Shown here: positions 1 through 9,082 of the stretch, piece after piece | Layout: every line of letters begins with the position of its first letter | How positions within the stretch are numbered: position 1 is the stretch's first letter | Source of the DNA: a bacterium | Lineage (GTDB): Bacteria > RBG-13-61-14 > DATKZS01 | NCBI GenBank assembly: GCA_963674965.2 | Contig: CAXXFL010000002.1 | Coordinates: 480,001 to 544,000 of the forward strand | Length of the DNA: 64,000 nt | Direction: 5' to 3' | The notes under the pieces: model-generated | What the model saw: the letters and a program-made list of their open reading frames with translations, nothing else | What the model was told of the DNA's origin: nothing | Database searches by the model: none | Position numbers and translations under genes: made by a program

Positions 1-705
1 TATTATGAATCACATATTGATGATTGCCTCGATATTGCAAAGGAGATGGATGATCAGACCAAAAAAGGGAAAGTGTATTATATCGCGGCGTCATCTAAGC
101 ATGCAAAATTGCATAAATTGTTCAAAAAAGCAGAGTCAAATAATGGCGATTACCGAGATTTAAGCAAAGCGGCGGATGAAGTGATTGCCCTTTACAATAA
201 GGCCTTGGAATGCGATTTAGATGCGGGCGCCAAGCTGGAAATTTGGGAAAGTAAATCATCTGCATACGCCTATAGATCGGAAGGCGACATGAAATATCTA
301 CCGGAGGTAGAACGAGAAAGTCTTAATTGCCGGCTTCATATATTACTATTGTCAATTACAAACCAAAAGGAAAATGAAATCATACAATATGAAAAATACC
401 CGATATGCTCTAAACCATATGGCCAAGTAGATTATTCTAAATGCTTTGAAACTTATGAAGAAAGGTCAAATTATGTAGAAGAACAAAATCGTATTATTGG
501 CGATCGATATTCTTACACTTTTGAATTTATTTCTTGTTGTCTTGACAATCGCCATGGCCAAAAGGAGAAGAGCAAAAATGATTGTCTAGAGTTGATCGAC
601 ACGTACGTTGTCGATCAAGAATTGAAGAATGAGTTAATTTACTACGTACGCGAGGAAACCGTTCCAAAAAAACTTGGCCACTTTGATATTCCTGAACTAA
701 AATAA
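1..705 (+). CDS. Cys-rich helical lipoprotein, array family C, copy 1 (5' end outside the window)
   Basis: Open frame from base 1; near-identical to 5866-6570, whose full-length ORF has a lipobox (HVGC); AT-rich. Confidence 0.8.
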   Translation, partial: YYESHIDDCLDIAKEMDDQTKKGKVYYIAASSKHAKLHKLFKKAESNNGDYRDLSKAADEVIALYNKALECDLDAGAKLEIWESKSSAYAYRSEGDMKYLPEVERESLNCRLHILLLSITNQKENEIIQYEKYPICSKPYGQVDYSKCFETYEERSNYVEEQNRIIGDRYSYTFEFISCCLDNRHGQKEKSKNDCLELIDTYVVDQELKNELIYYVREETVPKKLGHFDIPELK

Positions 706-812
706 CCAACCGTCCTTGCATTAGGAGGCTATCATGTTTCCGCAAAACAAAGTCAGATTACTCTCCACAGTAATTTTCATCCTTCTTTCATGCCGCGCTT
801 CCCTTGCCGAGG
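1..812 (+). repeat. Direct repeat R1 copy a (lipoprotein gene, intergenic and start of leader gene); copy b at 5866-6677
   Basis: Co-linear at offset 5865, e.g. tattatgaatcacat at 1 and 5866, and taaccaaccgtccttgcattaggaggctatcatgtttcc after both stop codons. Confidence 0.95.
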
Positions 813-1723
813 AAGGATTTAAGGCCCCTTCCGCCGGCGGCATTTTCAAAGTACCGATCGAAAACAAGGGCGAGGTCACCATTCACGGGAACGCTATCGA
901 CGTTTTCCGCCTCGAGGAAAACCCCTCGGATATCGTCACGGGCATAAGCTTCCAGCCTTTGCCCGGCGGCGATTTATTATCTGGCGAAACGGTTATTTTA
1001 ACCATCACTCCTTTGAACCTCGGAGAGATCGAGGACCGCGAGGCATGCGAGGCGTTTAAAAATCCCAAGGTTTACATCAAAACGGCCGCCGCCGAGCCTC
1101 TGGCCAATTACGAGGACATTATCGAAATACCGGTCGAGCCGGCGGGTTTCCACAATTTAAGCGTCGATTACGAAAACTGCGTTATTTACTGGAACTGGGA
1201 ATCCTGCAGCTGCTCGGTCGGCGGTTGCGGCTTCAGTTCGGGAAGCGACAGCCGCGAGATTCCCGGTTGCGAGTGGGCCAAACCGGACGACAACGAGATA
1301 CTCTCGACGGACATACCCGGCCGCCTTTCCGGCGACGACCCGCGAGCTCGAGTCGGAGTATTGGGCGCCCCTCTTTTCGAGGAGTACGCCGCGTCCTTTC
1401 TCGACTCGATCAACGTCGCCTCCCGGAGCGTCGATCCCTTCACGGACCTGGGACCCGATCTGTACGTTTCCGAGGGCGTCAGTGTCCTCGTCATCCCCTC
1501 GGCGTCGCTTTCGCCTTACGTAAATTCCGCGTCTTTCATCTCCAATCTGGACGAGTACGTCTCGGCTGGCGGCGTCGCCGTTGTTTTCTCACAGGCCACC
1601 GGGGATGACTGGTCCATCGTCCCCGGTTCTCCCGAGGCATTCGGTTATACTCAGGACGTTCTTTGCTATCGCGGCGGCGCCCGTCCCTCCGCCTATCATC
1701 TTTTGATATCCAGCGAGGCAAGC
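734..1723 (+). repeat. Direct repeat R2 copy a (990 bp of gene A); copy b at 4482-5471
   Basis: Co-linear at offset 3748; identity ends after ...atccagcgaggcaagc at 1723/5471. Confidence 0.95.
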
Positions 1724-1834
1724 GCGAAGTCCGACGTTCATACCGACGGGTCCTTCGTTAACCGATCAAGGGGGCCGGTTTTCTGGGGGCCTCGAATTTG
1801 CCGGCAATTTTGCCGCATGGGAATAATTTCTTGA
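734..1834 (+). CDS. Secreted protein, array family A, copy 1 (probably C-terminally truncated)
   Basis: RBS aggagg; signal peptide MFPQNKVRLLSTVIFILLSCRASLA; GC-rich; alpha/beta segment VLVIPSASL...LDEYVSAGGVAVVFSQ resembles a class-I glutamine-amidotransferase-like fold; the last ~25 aa look like read-through. Confidence 0.7.
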   Translation: MFPQNKVRLLSTVIFILLSCRASLAEEGFKAPSAGGIFKVPIENKGEVTIHGNAIDVFRLEENPSDIVTGISFQPLPGGDLLSGETVILTITPLNLGEIEDREACEAFKNPKVYIKTAAAEPLANYEDIIEIPVEPAGFHNLSVDYENCVIYWNWESCSCSVGGCGFSSGSDSREIPGCEWAKPDDNEILSTDIPGRLSGDDPRARVGVLGAPLFEEYAASFLDSINVASRSVDPFTDLGPDLYVSEGVSVLVIPSASLSPYVNSASFISNLDEYVSAGGVAVVFSQATGDDWSIVPGSPEAFGYTQDVLCYRGGARPSAYHLLISSEASAKSDVHTDGSFVNRSRGPVFWGPRICRQFCRMGIIS

Positions 1835-1859
1835 CACATTGATACGCAAATGTTATGTA
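1831..1859 (+). promoter_or_regulatory. Possible sigma70 promoter for the 549-aa gene
   Basis: TTGACA at 1831-1836, 17-bp spacer, weak -10 TATGTA. Confidence 0.3.
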
Positions 1860-1930
1860 CTGATGGATCAGGGGAAAATCGGATAATATCCAATCAGCCG
1901 AATCTATGGAGATCAAGGGGGTATTGATAG

Positions 1931-3580
1931 ATGGCCGGCAGAGCAAAGCCACTTATAATCGCGGTTGTGATATTGTTTACTTTTATGATTACAATAGCTT
2001 ACGGAATCGAGATAACAAGGGAGGAGCCGCTGGAGCGCGAGGCCATTTGGCTTGAACTGATCGAGCCGAAATTTACTCCGTATTACATTAATGTTTGGGA
2101 CTCTGACGGAGGAGTGACGGTTGCCGCTCGAACAAGTGAACCCATTTCATTCAGCGCACGAGACTCAGAAGACACGCAGCTTGATGAGCCAGAATTAGTC
2201 AGGAATTATGGCATTGTAAAAGCTCAGATTCATCCACTAAATACATCAGGGCATTATTCATTTAAAATAATCCCAGACTATCCGGAAAATCAATTCTCAA
2301 CCGACATTTCCAATCCTGGGACGGCAACGTTTAGGGCATCCGTACCCGGAAGCTATCGCATCGTACCTGAGTTTTACACTAGTGACGGCAAATTAATCGT
2401 GGTATCAAAAGGCCCTGAAGAACCAAATCAAGATGAGATGTTTGAGGCAAATTTAACGACATTTTCTATTAAAGTTAAAGATACCTGCAGAAGAAAAGTA
2501 TATCAAGTTGATTGTGAAAGCGAGGAAACAAATCAAAACTGTAAAAATATTTTTGGAGTGAATGAAATCGTAGAATTCAATATAATTATGGGAGATTCCT
2601 TATTACAGACATTTAGAGGCGATTGGACGCATAGCAATATAGACGCAGGTGACTTTGGATATAATGATGTCTATGCCGTTGATCCTGGTAGCACTAGTAT
2701 GGCTTACCCACGCGTTTTGGCTGAGGCCCATGAATACATCAATGATGCTATACCGATGTTTCAAGCCTCTACTACAGCAAATATTGCTGATACAATTACC
2801 GTAAAATTCAATAAGCGAGCAGGACATGATGGAGAGCCATTAATCGTAGCCAGACAAAAAGAGACATACAATTTCAAAATCTCTGAACCAAAATATTTTA
2901 TCCCAGTAGACTATGACCCGGCTATTCATCCCGATTATGTTCAACCTTGTAATAGCGGAGAGAGAGGAACGAAGTACTGCTCTGACTTGAATGCATATGG
3001 CCCGGAAGGAGACATTTCAACTGGGCAATCAATGGGAATTAATGCGGGATATTATCTCAAATTAGAGCCTTCTCAAGCTTGTTTCAGGAATATTCTTATT
3101 AGAGATAATTTCACAAACTGCGGAAATACATTAGGGCCAAACAACTGTATTAAATGGGTATGGCCAAATGGTGAAACTTACTGCCCTGCACTTGGAACAA
3201 CTGAAGGAGATACAAGCGGAACAATACCGATAGGTATTTGGGAGATGAATTTTGACAATATTTATAGGGATAAAGCAAAAACGGGCCTTTTCCCATTGCA
3301 ACTAATGAATGAGGTAGCGGAGATTTATAAATATCCTGTAAGAATCAAGATTGAATGGAAATCAACGTTATCTTCAGCGGGCTCTTGGAAAAATATTGGT
3401 CGATCAGGTTTTTGCGCGTATTTTCATCCAAATGGCCAAGCAAATGCGAGAAGAGTTGTCGACAGAATTGGTGATGGTGATACTCTCGGTTATCCGGAAA
3501 ATCCATGTAACAATAATATTGATGCCTTATATTACACTGAGTCTTCGCTCAAAGGTCCTTGGCTGAGACCATCGCACTAG
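1931..3580 (+). CDS. Secreted Cys-rich protein, array family B (549 aa, unknown function)
   Basis: N-terminal signal peptide; AT-rich; C-terminal motif W..IGRSGFCAYFHPNGQANARRV...LYYT..S.KGPW is shared with the tail of 4482-5696. Confidence 0.8.
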   Translation: MAGRAKPLIIAVVILFTFMITIAYGIEITREEPLEREAIWLELIEPKFTPYYINVWDSDGGVTVAARTSEPISFSARDSEDTQLDEPELVRNYGIVKAQIHPLNTSGHYSFKIIPDYPENQFSTDISNPGTATFRASVPGSYRIVPEFYTSDGKLIVVSKGPEEPNQDEMFEANLTTFSIKVKDTCRRKVYQVDCESEETNQNCKNIFGVNEIVEFNIIMGDSLLQTFRGDWTHSNIDAGDFGYNDVYAVDPGSTSMAYPRVLAEAHEYINDAIPMFQASTTANIADTITVKFNKRAGHDGEPLIVARQKETYNFKISEPKYFIPVDYDPAIHPDYVQPCNSGERGTKYCSDLNAYGPEGDISTGQSMGINAGYYLKLEPSQACFRNILIRDNFTNCGNTLGPNNCIKWVWPNGETYCPALGTTEGDTSGTIPIGIWEMNFDNIYRDKAKTGLFPLQLMNEVAEIYKYPVRIKIEWKSTLSSAGSWKNIGRSGFCAYFHPNGQANARRVVDRIGDGDTLGYPENPCNNNIDALYYTESSLKGPWLRPSH

Positions 3581-3618
3581 GCACAAATACCATGAATAAT
3601 TGAACAATTAGTAAGGAG

Positions 3619-4440
3619 ATGGTTATGAGTCGCGAGGTATCAATCATTATTATTGTTATATTAGGTTTGATCTACTCCATTACCGGATGTAAAAATAAGA
3701 ATATCCCAGAGGAAAAGTCCGATAGTCCAAATATTACAGATAACCAATGCTTATCCAATGATTTTGAAATTAGCGCAAACTCTTTCCAGCAATGCCTTAA
3801 TATTGCCAAGACAACTGATAATCCAGATAAAAAATGCCGTATCTATTTCAGAGCCGTATTATATAAAAGGCAGGAAATACTCAAATTGCCTCAAAGCACA
3901 GAAGATAAGGATTATAATTTCGAAAAGATAAGTGAATTGGTTAATGAGCTTATTAATTTCGCGGATAAATCTTTAAAATGTGATTTAGACTGGCGTACTG
4001 AACTAACAATTTATCAACAAAAGTCATGGGCTTATGGCATGAAAACTAATTACGGCCTTAACCAAGAGCCGGGTTTGGATGAAAATATAATTTACTGCGA
4101 TCTTCATATATTAAGGTTAACGGATGAAAAATTGATAGAAAAGGACGCCGTCAGATATACTGACTCTTTCCCGTTATGTTCTGAAGAATTCAGAAATAAA
4201 TCTCTTAAATGCTTTAATACAACCGGAGAGAGAAAAAATTATATTAATAACCAAAATAACCTCTACTTTAACAAGCGAAAGTTATTCTCCTTTTTACAAA
4301 GTCGATGTAGAAATACTACTAATAAAACGGATACATTTGGAGAATGTATGGAAATGATTGATACAATCATCGATGACAATGAACTTAGAGATGAGTTGCT
4401 TAGTTATATTGGACCTCCGCCTAATCCTTCACCACAATAG
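3619..4440 (+). CDS. Cys-rich helical lipoprotein, array family C, divergent paralog
   Basis: RBS aaggag; lipobox ITGC; blocks align with 5728-6570 (CLNIAK/CLDIAK, LKCDLD/LECDLD, CDLHIL/CRLHIL, KCFNT..ERKNY/KCFET..ERSNY, ECMEMIDT/DCLELIDT). Confidence 0.85.
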   Translation: MVMSREVSIIIIVILGLIYSITGCKNKNIPEEKSDSPNITDNQCLSNDFEISANSFQQCLNIAKTTDNPDKKCRIYFRAVLYKRQEILKLPQSTEDKDYNFEKISELVNELINFADKSLKCDLDWRTELTIYQQKSWAYGMKTNYGLNQEPGLDENIIYCDLHILRLTDEKLIEKDAVRYTDSFPLCSEEFRNKSLKCFNTTGERKNYINNQNNLYFNKRKLFSFLQSRCRNTTNKTDTFGECMEMIDTIIDDNELRDELLSYIGPPPNPSPQ

Positions 4441-4481
4441 AAACAATATAATTGCACTCTCTAAAATATCAGGAGTAGATC

Positions 4482-5696
4482 ATGTTTACGCAAAACAAAG
4501 TCAGAGTACTCTCCACAGTAATTTTCATTCTTCTTTCGTGCCGCGCTACCCTTGCCGAGGAAGGATTCAAGGCCCCTTCCGCCGGCGGTATTTTCAAAGT
4601 ACCGATCGAAAACAAGGGCGAGGTCACCATACACGGGAACGCCATCGACGTTTTCCGCCTCGAGGAAAACCCCTCGGATATCGTCACGGGCATAAGCTTC
4701 CAGCCTTTGCCCGGCGGCGATTTTTTATCGGGCGAAACGGTTATTTTAACCATCACTCCTTTGAACCTCGGAGAGATCGAGGACCGCGAGTCATGCGAGT
4801 CGTTTAAAAATCCCAAGGTTTACATCAAAACGGCCGCCGCCGAGCCTCTGGCCAATTACGAGGACATTATCGAAATACCGGTCGAGCCGGCGGGTTTCCA
4901 CAATTTAAGCGTCGATTACGAAAACTGCGTTATTTACTGGAACTGGGAATCCTGCAGCTGCTCGGTCGGCGGTTGCGGCTTCAGTTCGGGAAGCGACAGC
5001 CGCGAGATTCCCGGTTGCGAGTGGGCCAAACCGGACGACAACGAGATACTCTCGACGGACATACCCGGCCGCCTTTCCGGCGACGACCCGCGAGCTCGAG
5101 TCGGAGTATTGGGCGCCCCTCTTTTCGAGGAGTACGCCGCGTCCTTTCTCGACTCGATCAACGTCGCCTCCCGGAGCGTCGATCCCTTCACGGACCTGGG
5201 ACCCGATCTGTACGTTTCCGAGGGCGTCAGTGTCCTCGTCATCCCCTCGGCGTCGCTTTCGCCTTACGTAAATTCCGCGTCTTTCATCTCCAATCTGGAC
5301 GAGTACGTCTCGGCTGGCGGCGTCGCCGTTGTTTTCTCACAGGCCACCGGGGAGGACTGGTCCATCGTCCCCGGTTCTCCCGAGGCATTCGGTTATACTC
5401 AGGACGTTCTTTGCTATCGCGGCGGCGCCCGTCCCTCCGCCTATCATCTTTTGATATCCAGCGAGGCAAGCCCCGTCTGGAATGAACTAGGCAACTCTGG
5501 TTTTTGTGCCTATTTCTATCCAAATGGAAGCGCCAACGCAAGGAGAGTGATCGATAAGCTAAGTGAAAACGATTCTCCTGGCAATCCCGATGGTCCAACT
5601 TATCCATGCGCGGAGAATGGAAACTCATTGTATTACACTACAACTTCACCTAGAGGGCCTTGGGTGACTCAATCTAGTATTCCATTGCCAAATTAA
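4482..5696 (+). CDS. Chimeric secreted protein: family A N-terminus (330 aa) fused in-frame to a family B-type C-terminal module (~74 aa)
   Basis: First 990 nt near-identical to 734-1723, then an abrupt GC drop and PVWNELGNSGFCAYFYPNGSANARRVIDKL, homologous to the end of 1931-3580. Confidence 0.8.
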   Translation: MFTQNKVRVLSTVIFILLSCRATLAEEGFKAPSAGGIFKVPIENKGEVTIHGNAIDVFRLEENPSDIVTGISFQPLPGGDFLSGETVILTITPLNLGEIEDRESCESFKNPKVYIKTAAAEPLANYEDIIEIPVEPAGFHNLSVDYENCVIYWNWESCSCSVGGCGFSSGSDSREIPGCEWAKPDDNEILSTDIPGRLSGDDPRARVGVLGAPLFEEYAASFLDSINVASRSVDPFTDLGPDLYVSEGVSVLVIPSASLSPYVNSASFISNLDEYVSAGGVAVVFSQATGEDWSIVPGSPEAFGYTQDVLCYRGGARPSAYHLLISSEASPVWNELGNSGFCAYFYPNGSANARRVIDKLSENDSPGNPDGPTYPCAENGNSLYYTTTSPRGPWVTQSSIPLPN

Positions 5697-5727
5697 TGAT
5701 TTGCCTTTAAATTGAGAGGAGATTACT

Positions 5728-6570
5728 ATGGCTAAGAAAATATCTTTATCAGACATATGTGGCTTTCTATTTATTGCCGTTTTTTTACATGTTGGATGTA
5801 ATAATATCCCAAGTGAACCAGGCGAAAGCGTCACTCAGCAGAAATGCTTGCAAGGCAGTTTTAAATATTATGAATCACATATTAATGATTGCCTCGATAT
5901 TGCAAAGGAGATGGATGATCAAACCAAAAAAGGGAAAGTGTATTATATCGCGGCGTCGTCTAAACATGCAAAATTGGATGAATTGTTCAAAAAAGCATTG
6001 GGGAATGAGGGCGATTTCCGAGATTTAAGCAAAGCGGCGGATGAAGTGATTGCCCTTTACAATAAGGCCTTGGAATGTGATTTAGATGCGGGCGCCAAGC
6101 TGGAAATTTGGGAAAGTAAATCATCTGCATACGCCTATAGATCGGAAGGCGACATGAAATATCTACCGGAGGTAGAACGAGAAAGTCTTAATTGCCGGCT
6201 TCATATATTACTATTGTCAATTACAAACCAAAAGGAAAATGAAATCATACAATATGAAAAATACCCGATATGCTCTAAACCATATGGCCAAGTAGATTAT
6301 TCTAAATGCTTTGAAACTTATGAAGAAAGGTCAAATTATGTAGAAGAACAAAATCGTATTATTGGCGATCGATATTCTTACACTTTTGAATTTATTTCCC
6401 GTTGTATTGACAATCGCCATGGCCAAAAGGAGAAGAGTAAAAATGATTGTCTGGAGTTGATCGATACGTACGTTTTCGATCAAGAATTGAAGAATGAGTT
6501 AATTTACTACGTACGCGAGGAAACCGTTCCAAAAAAACTTGGCCACTTTGATATTCCTGAACTAAAATAA
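5728..6570 (+). CDS. Cys-rich helical lipoprotein, array family C, copy 2 (full length)
   Basis: RBS gaggag; signal peptide with lipobox FLHVGC; near-identical to 1-705. Confidence 0.85.
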   Translation: MAKKISLSDICGFLFIAVFLHVGCNNIPSEPGESVTQQKCLQGSFKYYESHINDCLDIAKEMDDQTKKGKVYYIAASSKHAKLDELFKKALGNEGDFRDLSKAADEVIALYNKALECDLDAGAKLEIWESKSSAYAYRSEGDMKYLPEVERESLNCRLHILLLSITNQKENEIIQYEKYPICSKPYGQVDYSKCFETYEERSNYVEEQNRIIGDRYSYTFEFISRCIDNRHGQKEKSKNDCLELIDTYVFDQELKNELIYYVREETVPKKLGHFDIPELK

Positions 6571-6598
6571 CCAACCGTCCTTGCATTAGGAGGCTATC

Positions 6599-6724
6599 AT
6601 GTTTCCACAAAACAAAGTCAGAGTACTCTCCACTTTAATTTTCATTCTTCTTTCGTGCCGCGCTACCCTTGCCGAGGCATGTCCACCCCGAGTCACCACC
6701 CTGGGAATATTAAATCCGGCGTAG
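6599..6724 (+). pseudogene. Third, truncated family A start (signal peptide only, 41-aa ORF)
   Basis: MFPQNKVRVLSTLIFILLSCRATLAE, then unrelated sequence from 6678; TAG at 6722-6724. Confidence 0.75.
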
Positions 6725-6886
6725 TGTTGCCATTAACCCAAGCCAAGCCTGTAACTCTTCAATAATGAAAAGGTTTGAAAAATAAAGCGTTGAAAAAAAG
6801 TTAAAACGGCGGAAAGATTTAAACCGCGTTGACCGATTGCTTGCCCCGCGGTGTTTTGCTAAATTCAGCGGGCTCGCTTCCCCTTC

Positions 6887-8266
6887 TCAGTCTTCGGCCT
6901 CTTTCTCGCGCTTTTTGAATTCCCACCATACCCAGGCGACGGCGAAGACGCCGCCCACCACGTGGGAGGAGGCGATGGCGACCCAGGCCCCGGCGGGACC
7001 GATCGAGTGGTGGAGGACGGTGACTAAAGGTATGGCCACGAAGATGAAGCGGGCGAGGGTAATGATGAGGGGAGGAAGGCCCTTGCCCAGTCCCTGGAAG
7101 GCCCCGCCCAGCACGAAGACCTGGGACACGAAGACGTAGGTGAAGCCCACTATGCCGATGTACTCGAGCCCGTAGCCCGAGATGACCTGGTATAGTACCG
7201 GGTCTTCGGTACGGTTGAAAAGGCCGATGAAGAACTCGGGGAAACATATAAAGACCATGCCCATGGCGCCCGAGAAGACGGCGGCGAAGAACCCGCCGGT
7301 CCAGGCCGAGCGCTTGGCCCGGGACAGGTTTCCGGCCCCGTAGTTCTGGCCCACCATGGACACGACCCCCAGCATGAGGCCTATCATGGGCAGCACCGCC
7401 AGCATGTCGAGCTGGGCGCCCATGCCGTAGGCGGCGGTGGCGCCCTCGTACTGGTTTAGCACCCTGAGGAAAATCATGGTCGCGAACCAGGCCGACATGT
7501 TGCGGCCCATCATGGGCACTCCGACCCGCAGTATCTCGATAACGTGGCGCGGATGCCAGTGGTAATTGCAAAAGGACAAGGTCCAGTTGGTCTTGCCCCG
7601 CTTCAAGTAAAATATCAGCAGGACGCAACCCACTCCCCGGCCGATGACCGTGGCCAGGGCCCCGCCCATTACGCCCATGCCCAGCCAGCCGAGGTGAAGA
7701 CCGAATATCCGGTCCTCCGGCCCGAAAATCAGGAGGGGGGCCAGGACGAGGTTGATCGAGAGACTGATGACGGCCAATACAAAGGGCGCCACCGAGTTGC
7801 CTTCCCCCCGCAGGATGTTGGCCCCGATCAGGCTGAACATGATGGTCACGTTGCCCACCAGGATGATCTTAATAAAGTCGTGGGCCGTTTCGATCATGGA
7901 CTCGTCCATTTTCAGGACCCTGAAATAATGGCGGTTCAAGGGAAGTAAAATCACGGTGGCGGAAATGGATAGTATGGCCATCAGAATAATGGCGTGCATG
8001 GCGGCGTTGTCGGCCTCGTTATATTCGCCCTTGCCGATCAGGCGGGCCACGTAGGAGGTCACGCCCGTGGCCAGTCCGGTCGCCATCATGATGATGAACA
8101 TCTGGAGATTGGCGGCGTTGACCACCGCTGAAAAGGCCTCGGGCCCGAGCTGGGCGATGAATACGCGGTCTAAAATTCCGAACAGGGGCTGGATGGCCAT
8201 CTGCCCGATAATCGGGGCGCTGAAGAGGAGCAGGACAACGGGGATGCTTCCCCTGGTAAGGTCCAT
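6887..8266 (-). CDS. MATE family efflux transporter
   Basis: MDLTRGSIPVVLLLFSAPII start, DRVFIAQLG, ILRGEGNS..P, GQNYGAGN, about 12 TM segments; start placed at ATG 8266. Confidence 0.92.
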   Translation of the reverse strand: MDLTRGSIPVVLLLFSAPIIGQMAIQPLFGILDRVFIAQLGPEAFSAVVNAANLQMFIIMMATGLATGVTSYVARLIGKGEYNEADNAAMHAIILMAILSISATVILLPLNRHYFRVLKMDESMIETAHDFIKIILVGNVTIMFSLIGANILRGEGNSVAPFVLAVISLSINLVLAPLLIFGPEDRIFGLHLGWLGMGVMGGALATVIGRGVGCVLLIFYLKRGKTNWTLSFCNYHWHPRHVIEILRVGVPMMGRNMSAWFATMIFLRVLNQYEGATAAYGMGAQLDMLAVLPMIGLMLGVVSMVGQNYGAGNLSRAKRSAWTGGFFAAVFSGAMGMVFICFPEFFIGLFNRTEDPVLYQVISGYGLEYIGIVGFTYVFVSQVFVLGGAFQGLGKGLPPLIITLARFIFVAIPLVTVLHHSIGPAGAWVAIASSHVVGGVFAVAWVWWEFKKREKEAED

Positions 8267-8758
8267 GCCCCGACCGCGGGGGGGAACGGCCTCGGCCGCC
8301 GGCGGCTCGGGACAGGCGACGCCATGGTCTATTCCGATATTTTTTTTCCCGTCTTCAAACAAAGGCTTTCCCAGGTCGGCCCAAGGGCGCGCACGCGAAG
8401 GCAACCCGCCGCCGGGCGTGAATCGGATATCGAGTATCAAGAGTACACGTAGTCTCATGAAAATGCACGCCAATCAAGAGAAGGAACATTTTTTACGCCT
8501 CATGAAAAAATCTTATATCGGCGGCAAAGCCGACTTGGAGCGGGAAATCTTTCGCTTCTGATCTGGAAACTCGATTCCGCAAGGAAAAGACGCGCGGAGG
8601 GTCCCTGGCTAATAAAAGTAGCTTTAAGCCAGCACGCTCCTGATCCTGATTTTTACAACAGCCTATTAAAAAAAGGTTTTTTCTATCTCGATATCAATCC
8701 GGGCTTTTCCGTTTTATTAGATCGCTCTAATTTTTTTATGGAGGAGGAAAATTTTTTC

Positions 8759-8807
8759 TTGACAAAGGATTTAAAAGAAACTAAAATGATTTTAAAGGAT
8801 TTAAAAG
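8759..8807 (+). promoter_or_regulatory. Sigma70 promoter with overlapping 14-bp direct repeats (candidate operator)
   Basis: TTGACA 8759-8764, 17-bp spacer, TAAAAT 8782-8787; AAAGGATTTAAAAG at 8764-8777 and 8794-8807. Confidence 0.75.
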
Positions 8808-8848
8808 TAGCTATGAGTAACATAAAGGACGATAAAGGAGCGAAGAAC

Positions 8849-9082
8849 ATGCCCTCGGAAATTCTTCTGACTCTTGAACAAGTGGCGGAAAGACTGGCCG
8901 TAAGCCGAAAGATGGTATTCGACTGGGTAAGAGCGGGCAAGATTCCCGGAGTTAAGCTCGGGCGCTTATGGAGGGTCAAGCAGAGCGCGCTTGACGAATT
9001 CATCAATTCCCTGGAGACGGTAGGACCCAACGACGACCAGCGCGGCCCCGACCGTGAGGAGGACGCGGATGAGGGCCGATAA
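8849..9082 (+). CDS. Excisionase-family (HTH_17/BldC-like) DNA-binding protein
   Basis: LLTLEQVAERLAVSRKMVFDWVRAGKIPGVKLGRLWRVKQSALDEF; RBS aaggag before ATG 8849. Confidence 0.9.
   Translation: MPSEILLTLEQVAERLAVSRKMVFDWVRAGKIPGVKLGRLWRVKQSALDEFINSLETVGPNDDQRGPDREEDADEGR

Noticed and set aside
1-6677. Diversity-generating retroelement (TR/VR) explanation for the near-identical repeats
   Set aside because: Substitutions are not adenine-specific (c/g, g/t and t/g occur), the repeats are 0.8-1 kb, and no reverse transcriptase is in the window.
8738-8848. N-terminal extension of the HTH ORF (KDLKE..KDLKV repeat)
   Set aside because: It translates the promoter and operator repeats; the RBS supports ATG 8849.
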